64,000 bases of DNA from the human T2T-CHM13v2.0 reference genome, Homo sapiens. The translations under genes and the position numbers were made by a program. The DNA lies in assembly GCF_009914755.1 (NCBI RefSeq), contig NC_060943.1; one strand, given 5' to 3'. Under the pieces are notes generated by a model. That model was not told the DNA's origin. It ran no database searches and saw only the letters and a program-made list of their open reading frames with translations. This document shows positions 50,640-64,000 of this stretch, in pieces (position 1 is the stretch's first letter; each line of letters opens with the position of its first letter).

Positions 50640-53280
50640 GAAATCACAATTTATCCCACTTAAATACAAAACATCTTCGGAGACTACTATGAACATCTCT
50701 ATGCATGCAAACTAGAAAATTTAGAGAAAATAAATATACTCTTGATATACAAAACTTCCCAAAATTGAATCAGGAAGGAACAAAAATCTTGGGCATAGCA
50801 AAAATGTGTAATAATATTGAATTAGTGATATAAAACCCACCAACCATAAACAGCTCTGGATCAGACGAATTTACAGCCAAATTTTACTACATATAATAAA
50901 GATGAGCTGGTACTAATCCTACTAAATGTATTCCAACAATCAAGGTGGAAATTATTTCTAACTTATTATATGAAACCAGCATCATTCTAATACCAAAATC
51001 TAGTAAAGATACAACAAAAAAGACAACTATAGGCCAATATTGTTGGTGAACATAAAACAAAAATTCTCCATTAAATACTAGCAAGCTGAGTTCATAAGCA
51101 CATCAAAAAGTTATTTTTCCACAATCATGTGAGCTTTACTTCATGACTGCAAGAATGTTTCATCATGTGCAAGTCAATAAGTGTGATTCACCAGTAAAGA
51201 TGATTAAAAGCAAAAACTTATTATCACAGTAAATGCAGAAAAAGCATTCAAGAAAATTCAATATTCATTCATAAAAATATTCTTAACAAACCAGAAATTG
51301 AAGAAACGTACCTCAAAATAAAAGCCATTTATGACAAAACTTTATTTGACATCATATTGAACAGGCAAAAGCTGGGTGCATTCTCAATAAGAAGAAAAAT
51401 AAGACAAAAATATCCACTCTGAACGCTTTTATTTAACATAGTTCTGGAAGTCCTAGCCAGAGCAATCCAACAAAATAGTGAAATAAAAGGTATCCAGATA
51501 GGAAAATAAGTCAAATTGTCTTCACAGAAGATATAATTCTCTACCTGGGAAACTTCAAAGATTTCCCCCAAAGATTCTTAAGCCTAAAAAATGACTTCAG
51601 CAAATTCTTAAGATAGAAAATCGACATACCCAAACGAGTAACATTTCTGTATACCAATAACATTAAAATCAAGAACACAGTTCTGTTTACAATAGCCACA
51701 ATCAAAAAATAATATCTAGGACTACATTAAATCAAGGAGGTAAAATATCTCTACAAGGAGAATTACAATACACTACTGAAAGATATCAGAAAACACAAAT
51801 AAATGGAAAAGCATTCCATGCTCATGGATTTTGAAAACTCAATATAATTTAAATGTCCTAAAGCAACGTACAGATTAAATGCTATCTCTATCAAACTGTC
51901 AATGCCATTTTTTATAAATTCAATAAAACTATTATAAAATTTATATTTATAATAAAAAAGCCTAAATAGCTAAAGCAACATTAAAAGGAATAAACCTGGA
52001 GGTGTCACATTACCTGACTTCAAACTTTACTACAAGTTACAATAACCAATATAACCTAGTTCTGGTACAAAAATATACATATAGACCAATGAAATAGATA
52101 AGAGATATCTGAAATAAAGCTACACTCCTGCAACCAACTAATTTTTGACAAAGTCAACAGAAATAAAAAGGAAATAAATCCCTATTTAATAAATAGTACT
52201 GGGAAAACTTGTTAGTCATATGCAGAAGAAAATTAGACCCTTACCTCTCATTATATAAAAAATATAACTTAAGATAGATTAAAAACTTAACTGTGAGACT
52301 TCAAGCTATATAAATGTTAAAAAAACACTTAGTACTCTAGACACTAGAAAGAATTTGTAGCTAACACTATAAAAATGAATGCAACAAAAATAAAAATAGA
52401 AAATTGGCACCTACTTAAACTAAAGAGCTGCACAGCAAAAGAAGCTATTGACAAAGAGACATCCTACAGTATAAAATAAAATATTTGCAAATTGCAAACA
52501 ACAAAGAATTAACAAATACTATCTATCAGAATTTATTAAAAAACAGACAAATAATATGAATAGACATTTTTAAAAGGAAGACATAAAATCTGCCAATAAA
52601 CATGCAAACAATGCTCAACATTCCTAGTCATCAGAGAAATGTAAATCAAAATGACAATGTGATACCATCTCACACCAGTTAGAATGACTTATTAAAAGTT
52701 AAAAACTGACAAAGACAAAAGTTGTGGAAAAAAGGGAATCTTTATATACTATCGGTGGAAATGCAAATTAATTCAGCCCCTGTGGAACACAGTTCGGAGA
52801 TTTCTCAAAGAACTACAAATAGAATTGCCATTTGACCCATCAATACAATTACTGAGTATATATCCAAAATAAATTATTTGACACAAAAGTCCTGCACTCA
52901 CATGTTTACTGCAGCACTATTCACGATAGCAAAGACACAGAATTAAACCAGGTACCTTTGAATCTTAGATCCATGTTGCTGCAAGGAACATTTTTTTTTT
53001 TGTGGCTGCATAGTATTGCATGGTGTATAAGTACCTCAAATACCACCTGTTCTCACTTATAAGTGGGTGCTAAACATTGGACAAATACAGAAACAAAGAT
53101 GGAAATAATAAACACTGGAAGTTGTTTTTTTAAAGGAAAGCATTGAAAAACTACTTATCAGGTGTGATGTACACTACTTCGGCAATTTTTACTAAGTGCC
53201 CAAACCTTAACATCTTGCAGTATACGTATGTTACAAATCTTTTCATGTACCCCTTGAATATAAAATAAAAATAATAAAAT
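50640..53280 (+). mobile_element. L1 (L1PA/PB-type) 3' 2.6 kb with A-rich tail
   Basis: Sense ORF2 (GACTACTATGAACATCTCTATGCA...GATACCATCTCACACCAGTTAGAATG) and 3'UTR ending AATATAAAATAAAAATAATAAAA. Confidence 0.9.
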
Positions 53281-54307
53281 GTCCTGTGGTATAATGACAT
53301 GTTACATTTCTCCAGTTCTGGGGTGGTAATTTATATTAGAGGTGAAAGAAACAAAATTATGCTCCCTTTGGGCATTGGGGTGAATGTTTCTCCAGGTCTG
53401 CCCACATCCTGAAAGCTAACATATCTGAAAGGTCTTGCCCTTTAACCCAAGAAGTGTTTTATTCCCAAGTGTGCAGCTAAAATAAATGACTATATCTTTA
53501 TGTTTTATTTTAGGGCTATAGGGTTAACTTGTTACTCCACTCTTTTTGGGAAAATCATGGTAAGTTGTTTAATCACATGTCTTATTTTAGAATAAACCAT
53601 TTTTGTAAATGTGAGGCTGTGAAAATTATGTTACATTCCTGAATTAAAATAAAAACATTTTTCTAGTGAAAAAATGCATAAAAATCTTATGGCCATAGCC
53701 CAAGAACCATAAAACAGAGAGTGTTGGTTATTTAAGACCACACTCCTGAAACCATTTCATCACAACCATACTGGTGAGTAAAGGAATAATGGATCAGAAG
53801 GTTCTTTCAGAATACTTTTCTTATTCTATTGCAGTGCTAAATTTTTACTTGTCTTTATTATTTGCCATATAGAAGTCTGTACTTCTAAAAAAGATGCCAT
53901 GAATTTCAGGTTAATATGCTCACACATATATGCTCACCAGAGCCTCTAGAAGGATTCTGGTGTGTTTGCAATCGAGGTGTGTCCATTCTGGCCTTTCTTG
54001 TGTTGCTTTGTTTGTGTAAAATATGAAGGCAAGAAGTAAAGCAGAGTCAACCAGGACATTTCTAGTTTCTACAGCAACAGCAGCTACATTTTCATGTTAG
54101 GTCAACTAGAAATAATGATAGTATTCCAAAACAAAAAAAAACTGATACTTTATATTTTTTTTCTTACAATTTATAGCATAAAATTTTTATAGTGTCTGAA
54201 TTATAGAAGTTAAACAACTTGAACATAAAAGTGTCATCTAGATAATAGTATTATTTCAATAGCTTATTGTGAGTCACAATTGCCCCATTGGGTTTACTGG
54301 AAAACAC

Positions 54308-54640
<333 letters not shown>

Positions 54641-54743
54641 GAGAGCACTTATTTATCTTCTAAGTGTAAATAAAGAATAGGTTTTCCATAATCCTAAGCA
54701 TACAGATCTTTTAAGACTAGCGGCTGAGCACGGTTGCTCATGC

Positions 54744-55218
54744 TGTTGCAGGAAATTAAGGAACCAGAGATACTGATAGGGATGCAGGAGAGCTTTTATT
54801 TTAGGTGTACACCAGCTCAGCAGACAAGTGTCCTCAAAGTCTGATCCCTGAACAAAGAAAGCGAGCAACTTTTAAGCGTTTTGTGGTGGGAAAAACGTAA
54901 AGCAGGAAGCAGGTTTACGGAAGTGAGAACAAAAGCGGTTAATCATTCATGCCATGTCTTACAACTTAGGAGAAACATGAGTTGCAACTTTCACTTATCT
55001 ATCTTGTGACCTTGCAGCTGCACAGCAAGAATAACAGGGACTTACAGAACTTACAAAATATGTGGGAAAGAGGTATGGTTAATGTTTCACAGACCCTTAG
55101 AGGCCTTTAGAGGAGCAGTTAATATTCTTTTTATACCTTTTCTTCAGGGGGTTACTTCACGCCTATTCTAACCTAACCTAAAAGTGTAAATTTAATTTCT
55201 TTTTAATTTTCTACTTCA
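54744..55218 (-). mobile_element. 3' LTR of ERV3/HERV-R-like provirus
   Basis: TG...CA termini, PPT AAAAGGGGGGGA at 55219-55230, AATAAA on minus strand at ~54795. Confidence 0.85.
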
Positions 55219-55329
55219 TCCCCCCCTTTTGGTGCTCTATATATAATAATGTTTAATAGACAGCACCACAATTATCTAGTTCTTCTTGGGTTGGTATATA
55301 TTCTTCTTGGGGCGAAGCCTGATACTTAG

Positions 55330-56705
55330 CTAATGCCATTATTTGGGTAGTGGTGTGTGGCCATGATTGCCTCTATAGTTGACTGAACACTTCTGATAAG
55401 AAAAGGCAGGAGACAAGGGAGAATTAGGCAGGCACCTGTGATAAGGAGGAACCCACCTATTAAGATCTTGAACCCATGAAAGGTAAAAAACCGTCCTCTA
55501 AACAGAGAATTTGGAGATCATCTTGACCAGGTTTGAACTGGAACATGGGCTAACATCTGCATCCTGGCCGTAATTTCCATGACAGCTCACCTATTATCAT
55601 CTATTTCTAGACAGCAGTTTGTTGAGTTAAACTTTCCACATACTCCTTCTTCTGAGGCTAGGAAGTAATCTAGTGCCCGCCTGTTTTGATATATGGCATT
55701 CTTCATTTGTGTAGCTTGTACAGCCAGTAAATGTAAAGCTCTTGATGTTTCATTGATTATTATTTTGAGCACAGTTTGGAGCCTTATGATACAGTTGAGC
55801 ATGTAAACTGGGGTGCGGTACCCCCATGACTCATCTTGTGCCCAGGTAGCAGGCCCATGGTATTTGATGATTTTTTCAGGAGGTCACTCATTATCTTCCT
55901 AGTTCCCTATGTCTACATCCTTTTGATGTTTGTGTCTATTCTTGTGATTATGCTTCCTTTAGTTCTTCCATTTTCATCATAAACTGATTATCTTAAGAGT
56001 TCCCCTTGCTTTAGAGGAATTAGAAAGAAGGTGGCTTGATTGTTCCTAATACACATGTCCCTGACCGTTTAGCCAGCAGTTGCTGATATGCCTGCACTCC
56101 ACAAATCCAATATAGGCCAGAGGGTGCTTTCCAAGCATTTGGAGCCTCTAGTGGATGCCAAGAATGGCTTAGAATAGAGAATCAAGAGAAAAAGTTTGGA
56201 TCTGGTAAGCAGGAGTCATTCTGGGCATTTCTCCATAGAGTCTTATTTTTAGTCTCAAGATAATACTGTTGCCCTAGGCAGGTAGCCTTATGGAAGGCTG
56301 CACCTTTGAACCTTGCTTGACCAATATTAAAGTACAAGGATAAGGTTCCTTTGTAGGTAGATGAGACCCAGGTTTTATTTAGAAGGGCTCCTTCTATTGA
56401 CCCATCGTGGGTCTCAAATCTCCAGGCACAAGTTCAGGCTCATAGCATATATAAAGCTGGCCATCTCCTGAGTCACAGGATGAGTAGGTTGTTTGGTTGT
56501 AAGTACAGAATCCTAAGAGAGTCCTGGTGCATTCATAGTATGTATGGTATAATAAAGTTTTAACTACTGTGTTTCTCTCCATGTGGAATGTATGCAATGT
56601 GGATATCTTTCTTTCAATTGTATTTCTTTTTGCTTAGCCTCAAGTACCACTATTAGTAAAACAAGCAAGCAAACAAACAAACAATATTTTTATACTAGAC
56701 ATGGG
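55330..56705 (-). pseudogene. env: ERV env remnant (ERV3/HERV-E group), SU internally deleted
   Basis: [69 protein letters not shown] (ISD plus CX6CC) and [11 protein letters not shown]...[11 protein letters not shown], which is ERV3-like. Confidence 0.9.
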
Positions 56706-56989
56706 CAGGTAAGGTTTTTCCCTAGACAGAAAGACTGGCAATAATGATAGCATAGTAACACGGCAATCAACAACACTAAGACAGCAATAAAACTTAAAAT
56801 TTCTATCCACATTTACTTATCTGATGACAACTCCTTAAGCTTTGGCTGAGTGTAGACTACTCAGCTTCCAGTGTGACTAGAGCGGGGCTTGCTATTTTCT
56901 CAAGCTTCCGCCATGTGTAGACTGGTCAGCTTCCGAAGTGACCAGAGCAGGGCTGTTGTCATCTCCACTGACAATGCGATCTCGTCGCA

Positions 56990-58965
56990 GGATCAGCCAG
57001 GTTGGATGGTCTGGGTCCTGTTGGCTGGTCCACTGGTCCTGGGCTGCTGGTTTTAGCCAACTGTGGTGGATTTAAGGCATGATAACCTGCAACTTTAACA
57101 GCAGTGGGAGTGGACAAAATTACAGTATGGGGCCCTTCCTATATAGGTCCCAGAGTAGTTGGATTCCACTTCTTAACCTAAACAAAGTCCTCAGGTTTGA
57201 AAAAGTGTGCTGGGTCTGCCACATTTATAGGCATTTTTTTTTTCTTGCACCTAACAATGAATCTTTTGCATAGCCAGCCCTAAGTCTTGCATCTGCCTTT
57301 TTAAAGTTAATTCCCTTAGTTCCTGTAGGTCACCTTTAACCTGATTTATAACTGGGGGTGGCCGACCAAACAAAATCTCATAGGGCTAATACCCAGTTTG
57401 TTTTGTGGGGCTGCACCTGACTCAGAGGAGGACCATGGGCAAGACCTGATCCTATCTTAGATGAGTTTCTTGACAAAATTTCTTCAACAGCTGCTTGAGT
57501 GTCCAGTTAATGCGCTCCACTTTTCCTGAGCTCTGCAGCTGGTGGGCTATGAGTAACTTCCACTTTATTTTTGATAGTCAAGTTAAGTCCTGAACTATTT
57601 CAGCCACAAATGCTGGTCCATTGTCTGATCCTAGAGTTAGAGGCAGTTCAAATCTGGGGATAGTGTCTCTTAACAACACTTTGATCACCTCTTGTGCTTT
57701 CTCCATCTGGGCGGGGAAGGCCTTGACCCATCCTGAAAAGGTGCAAACGAATACCAACATGTATCAATAACCCCCCGCTTGCAGCAATTTGGGGAAGTCC
57801 ATAAGCAGGTTTTCACAGGGTGTGGCTCTTGTTTCTTCAGTTCTCGGTGGCCGGGTAGGCCCTTGATGAGGGTTGTTCTGAGCACAAGTCAAACACTGCT
57901 CACAAACAGTTTGAGTGATGGCAGTGAGCTATGGCACACAGAAATGACGCTCTAATAATGTCTCTAGTGCCGTCTTTCTTATGTGAGTTCCTTAGTGGAA
58001 CTATTTCAAAAATCTGGGGGCTACCATCTCAGGTATGGCTAGTTTTCTATTGGAGAACTTCCACCATCCTCCTTCAATATAATTCCCATATTCCTGGGCA
58101 AACCAATCCCTTTTATTAGGAGCGTTGCTTGGGGTCTCTGGGAGGGGGATCTCCGGGAGGAGAAGCATAGCTAAAGCTTCCTCTTCAGAAGGTGGATATG
58201 TCATTGCAGCCCACTTTGCCTTTTTGTCTGCCTTTCTGGTTTTTGTTTGTTTGTTTTTGGTGTCTAATGTTCCTGCCTTCTGGTGCCCCTTGCAGTGCAT
58301 TACTGCTACTTGTTTTGGGGCTCATACAGCATCTAAGAGCTGTAGAATTTTTCCTTATATTTTATGTCTTTACTTTCAGCAGGTAAGAGTCCTCTTTCTT
58401 TGTAAATAGCCCCATGAACATGCAAAGTAGCAAAAGCATATTTGGAATCTGTGTAAATATTTGCCTTCTGGTCTTTTGCTAGCCAGAGAGCTCTTGTTAG
58501 AGCTATTAGCTTTGCCTTTTGAGCAGAAGTTCCCATAGACAAAGACTGCACCTCTACTACTGAGTCAAAAGTCACCACTGCATACCTTGCTCGGTGGACC
58601 CCCTGTAGTATGAAGCTGCTTCCATCAGTGAAATATTTAACGTCCAGGTCCCTGAGGGGCCTATCTGTCAAATTTCTCTGGCCTGAGAACACTTCATTTG
58701 TCACATCCACTTAGCAATGAAGGGGGGCCTCCTGGCACTGACTCGATGTGAAGCAAGGTAACCAGGTTTAGGGTATTCACAGTTTCTAAAGTTATGCAGG
58801 GACTTTTACATTAGAGCCCTTTGTATTGGGTTATTTTCGGATTTGATAACTAATGGTGCCCCCTTAAGTCCATTAAAATTATAACTCCCATAACCCAGTG
58901 TGGTACCCAGTTTGTTAGTTGTTGTCTTAAAGTCAGTTTATTAGCTTCCTATGCCAGCAGGAAAG
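56990..58965 (-). pseudogene. pol: ERV pol remnant (RT tether, RNase H, integrase)
   Basis: YFTDGSS..SAQKAKLIALTRAL..NIYTDSKYAFATLHVHG, MHCKGHQK and FSGWVKAFP..GSDNGPAF. Frameshifted. Confidence 0.92.
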
Positions 58966-59914
58966 TAGTTAATTATTATTTGCAGATGATATCTTCATTT
59001 ACTTACATAACAAAAGCAACTAAAAGACTGTTTTAAAAGTCTATTGAGACGGGTAGGCAAAATTCTAAGATAATCCCCAGGATTCCCAGTCTGTTGCACA
59101 CCCACTGTGTAATTCTTTTTGAGTGTAAAAATATGTGTGAATGTGGTAGGAAATGTCTCATAAAATTTGATTACTCGTGTTGACTTTGTGTTTTTCAAAA
59201 GAGACATTATCCTGATTGGGCTGAACTTAATCAGAGGTGTTTTTTAGAGAAAGAGACACATCATAGAAAAACACTCCTGCTGACCTGGAAGTGAATTCTA
59301 ATTGGGCTATGTTGTAAGCTACTTATAGTGGCCACATGACAGAAAATATATTTGTATATTGTCATCATTCCTGCCTCTTGCATATTGCTTCTGGTAAAGA
59401 GGGCAGGAGGATCCCATGGCAGAGGAATAAAAGAGGTTCTTATTCACGCAAGAAATAATTACTTCTCATCTGAGATAGCTTAAGATAAACAGAGAAGATG
59501 ACAACATGACTATATCAATGGCAGGAGAAAGAAAATCTGGCTGAAAGGGCTCACTGGCATTATGGAGCAATATTTAGTAAGCCACAGTGAGTGATCAGCC
59601 TCTGAGATATCAACAGTCCACAAAGAAGGCTGAACTCATTCTTATTCTGATTAAATCAGCATGTGTGCCCTATTCTGGTCGCCCAGTTTTACCACCATTA
59701 CAGAAATTACCATGGAGACCAGTGGGCACCCTCCTAGAATTAACATTATCATGAAAAAGCATACCTAAATATTTGTTTTTACAGTTGAAAAATATTGAAA
59801 GCCTAATAAACTTATTAATAATGAACTTATCTTCTGATAATTTTAGAGGAATTCTCCTATACTGTAATACAATACTTAGCTTTAAACACCTATATACATA
59901 TGTATATATATTTC

Positions 59915-60207
<293 letters not shown>

Positions 60208-62079
60208 TAATATAAATGTTTCTTAACTGCATGAGCAAATATGTAGATAGTTTCCCTTAGATTAACATGATAAAGTTACAATTAGAGAAAGCATCTGAAA
60301 TTAGATAAAATTAAAACCACATTTTTTCAGTGGCTTGGAATAACTGCCCTACTTTATGAAATGGCCAGATTACTAACTAGAAGCAAAGACAAGATTTTGG
60401 CTTTGCTCAATTATTAAGTCCTTGACCTTTTAAAATCTAAAATCATGACTAATGGATTTGAATGGACTATTTTTTAGGTGTCTTCCTAGGATTTCCAAGG
60501 CAATACAAAAAGAATTTTAATAGGCAAAAAAATGCACTCAACACACACACATTGTTTTTTTCTGATTTCCTGTATTATTGAAAAGTTGAAGATTGCAAAT
60601 CTAGTCTATTAATTTAGAGTTAATAACAAAAGATTTTTCAGTCAAGCAAATAATTGTGTAAAACTAATGGGTAATGGATGCTCTTAGCTGCCAAATAATA
60701 GTATGACTAGATTCAGTAAGTATCTAGCCATGCAAATGACAGCCCAATTAAATTAAGACCCTAATAGGTGCATGTGGAAAGCACTGATGTGCAATATGGT
60801 GCACCTTCACTCAGCACCTTTATCTGCTTGTTTACAGAAATGCCAGTTTCCCCTGAATGACTCTGGGTAAATGCTAAACCATATTGAAAACATGGTTAAC
60901 ACATTTCTTCTATATTATAAAGAAATTTCATGAATTTTACTCTGCCTCAGAAAGGCTTTTAGTAAAAGAGTATTCATTTATAGTATTCTTTGGATGCATT
61001 AAAAATTTCAATATTCCAGGTAAGTCAGAGACATTTAAATGTCAACAAAATTCCATAAAACGTATTTCAATGAGATCAAGTCTTCCTAGCTAAAAATTTT
61101 ATTTTATCAGTAAATTTAGAGAAAAATAGAAAATCAGTACTTTGGGTCAAATAACAGTGTTTGGAATGTGAGTATCACCCAGATAAATGCTCTTAATCAT
61201 TATTATTAAAGTAGCAATGGCACCACGTGCTTTCCTGAGACCCGCTGGTCTGTTTTCCACTGATATAAAGTGAAGAAGGCATTGAAATAGCGAAGGGAGG
61301 TGATACAAATTGAATACTCACATAAAATACAATTTTTAATAAAAAGCATTTAATGTTGTACAAGTATAGATGAGACTATTAGTATGAGGTCATAATATTT
61401 TTACTTCTATTGACAGAATAACTTTATTCACAAAATTCTTATTTCAAATAATATTATTTTTTCTGCTGTATATTTGCAAGCTTTTAGTCAAATGTTATCT
61501 GAGCTCAATAGAAATCAACAAAATGAATCTTTATTTTTCCACAAGCATTTTATTCAGGCATATGCTTATTTTTCTTAAAATATGTTAGCTTTTAATGAAT
61601 GATTTATGCTTTTTTTTCAGTGTGTTGTTTATCGCTAAGAAGTGGTTGTCCTCCCAGGAAACTGCTATTCTCAGCTCTACCTACATTGACTAATAGTGAG
61701 AGGAAGTGATGTGTGGATAAGAAGCAAATGTGTCTTCACTGCATCTCTTTTTTAATTCGTTCACTGAAGAAAGGAGGATGCTAAAAGAAAATGAAAGAAG
61801 ATATAAGCCCTGAAAGATCATGAAGAAGTCCTCTTAACCAGAAAAAAAAACCCACAGGGGATGGTGATGTGAGCAGAAAATATATTATTTTGCTAAGGCT
61901 CTGAAATTTCAGTAAAAAACCTGCATTGCTTTAACAAATATATTGTTTCTTCAGTTTTGATTCTTGAGGATACGATTCAATTCACTGGTGAATCAAAACT
62001 GAGAGAATAACATATTTGTTAAGGTAAGTGATGTATGGAAGACCCATTACGTTAGACCAACATCTTCTCCACCTCCAGC

Positions 62080-62300
62080 TGCAGACAATCATCATTCCAC
62101 TCTCTGTTGCCATGAGTTTGAAAGTTTTTAACTTTACACAGAAATGAAATCATGTGTGTGTGTGTTTCCTGTGCTGGCTTATTTTACTTAGCATAATATC
62201 CTTCAGGTTTATCAATGTTGTTTCAAATAACAAGATTTCCTTTTTTTTTTTAAGGGCTGAATAGCATTCCAATGTGTAAATATACCACATTTTCTAGAAG
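62080..62300 (-). mobile_element. Old L1M 3'UTR fragment
   Basis: CTGGCTTATTTTACTTAGCATAAT...GCTGAATAGCATTCCA...TACCACATTTTCT. Confidence 0.75.
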
Positions 62301-62422
62301 TGTTTTAATTTTAAACTATAAACTATGACTGTTAAATACTTTTATTTTCATGCCTTCTTTTGATTCATATTTTGGCTGATTGACAAACTATGTTTTAAAA
62401 AAATTTCTTGGATCAAGATTAT

Positions 62423-63098
62423 TGATATGGGAGGGGGGCATGGAGGTGTTAGGTAGAGAAGGGTGGGGTCCCTGGTGAGGACTCTGCCCACAGGCCTGTG
62501 CCCACGGACCTAAGTGAGAACAGGCACTCTTGTTTTTGCATGCAAATGTTGCATTTTTCAAGACCACTCTGGCCCACCATGCCTCCATTGCTGTGCCCAT
62601 ATAAACCAAGACCTTAGTGGGCACACACACAAACAACTGAATGAGAGGAGTAGAAGAACACAGTGGCAGACAGCAGAAGAAAGTGGCAGAGAAAAAGGAA
62701 AGAGGCATCTGAATGTTGAGAGGAGTTCAGCCGAGAATGGCCAAACTCCAGGGGAAGATTATCTCCTCTCCCTCCACCTTCCCACTACAGCTCCCCATCC
62801 TGCTGTAAGTCACCTCCACTGCTTAATAAAGTCTCTGCATTTATCACCTTTCAAACAGTATGTGTGACCTGATTCATCCAGAATGCCAGACAAGAATCCA
62901 AGGCGGGGTGAACACTCAGCTGTTCCTGGATGGCAAGGCTAAAAGAGCACACTGTAACACACATCCATTGGGCTCCAGCATCTGCCTGTCTGAGTGCTCC
63001 TGCTTCCCTCAGGGGTTTGAGCTGTGGGGTGACTGAACAGGTGAGCCACACCCCTGTTGCACATCCTTCAAGGGGAATCAGGGAACTCTCTTGTTTCA
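62423..63098 (+). mobile_element. ERV1 5' LTR (MER50/MER52-group-like)
   Basis: TGATATGGGAGGGGGGCA...GGGAACTCTCTTGTTTCA with TG..CA termini, TATAAA ~62600 and AATAAA ~62825. Confidence 0.8.
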
Positions 63099-63100
63099 GC

Positions 63101-63118
63101 CGAAGGCTTGTCTGGGAT
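63101..63118 (+). promoter_or_regulatory. Degenerate tRNA-Pro primer-binding site
   Basis: CGAAGGCTTGTCTGGGAT matches TGGGGGCTCGTCCGGGAT at 13/18 and lies 2 nt after the LTR. Confidence 0.65.
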
Positions 63119-64000
63119 AATCATCAGCAGAGTGATTTACAAATGTGAAATTGTTGGATGTGCCTCTTTTGTAAGACCCTGTCACCCCTCTCTTTTCTCG
63201 GGTAAAAGCCTTTGTTTCCCTTCACAGAGGTCTCATTGGCACACGGGACTGGAGCAGAGACCTGGGGCAACTGAAGACATCATTTGCTGGAAGACTCCGA
63301 CACTGAACTTTGTCAGCCAGGACCCCCAGACTTCACTTGGTGTCTTTTCTTTTCTCACAGTTTACAGTGGCTCTTATCACTTCCTTTATAATGTTAAGGG
63401 TTTTGCTACAGGCTGCAGCAGTGATATTAAATAAAGTGAGCATTTGGCTCAGCTATCAAAGGTACAAATCAGAGCAATGTGGTTTTCATTTAGAGGTGCC
63501 ATCCTTACTCCCACCCTCGTAGCCAAAGGGGCACATGGCACAGGACACCTCCTCTCTGTACCGCCTCCCCTCCCAGCTCAGGTGCCTGGTGTGTCCACTG
63601 CATGCAAAAGCTGTGCCCAACAACCATGAAGGGTGGAAGAAAACCACAGCTGCTTCTGGGACCCCACAGGGCTGGCTGGCCAGTGCTTCCTGCTCACCAC
63701 ACCAACAGAACTTTTTACCCTGGCCAAGGAATACAAACAGTCTGAACCAACAGAAAGATACAATGATCAAAGGGACCTATTTGCACTGTGCAAGGGCTAC
63801 CTCCTCTTTTGCCTTTAAACTCCTTTTTCTTTTCTTTTCTTTTCTTTCTTTTCAAGTGAAAGCATTTCCCTCCCCAGCACGCTGCTTCTGACAGGGAAGT
63901 TAACAGAGGAGTGACCCCTGCTGGCAGATAACTGTAAATTTGGCAGGGCTCATTTGAGACAATCTAAACAGATAGCTTCAGCCCCTTGAAGTATTTTTAG
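63119..64000 (+). mobile_element. ERV1 internal leader region (runs off window)
   Basis: Follows LTR and PBS. No intact gag visible. Confidence 0.6.

Noticed and set aside
55330-56705. Functional, syncytin-like captured env
   Set aside because: Fragmented by stops, frameshifts and an SU deletion. The longest ORF is 71 aa.

Overview
Primate (human-like) genomic DNA, very rich in Alu, L1 and ERV repeats. The architecture is typical of the ZNF91-subfamily KRAB zinc-finger clusters (human 19p12-like, inferred and not verified). The core is a + strand KRAB-ZNF pseudogene: KRAB-A exon 34542-34668, KRAB-B exon 35166-35261 with a premature TGA, and a zinc-finger exon from 41574 with about 17 fingers, several stops and frameshifts. 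No exon 1 or CpG island is visible. Upstream are two diverged head-to-tail copies of a ~9-10 kb 'intron-1' module (14712-24504 and 24826-33765). Each module carries an L1 fragment, a BNIP3 processed pseudogene and LTR pieces, and the two are joined exactly at an AluY that lacks a proper target-site duplication (TSD). Also present: MER4-group ERV remnants (1-11.5 kb), a 5'-deleted ERV3/HERV-R-like provirus (54744-58965) and a 5' LTR with tRNA-Pro PBS and internal sequence at the right end. I found no intact protein-coding gene, RNA gene or CRISPR array. I cannot support a wholly new biological system. The best leads are the Alu-junction fusion of two paralogous loci, a possible NMD-escaping KRAB-only product, a homogenised BNIP3 tract, and a possible BNIP3-L1 chimera. 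Repeat subfamily names are from recall and most repeat boundaries are approximate.
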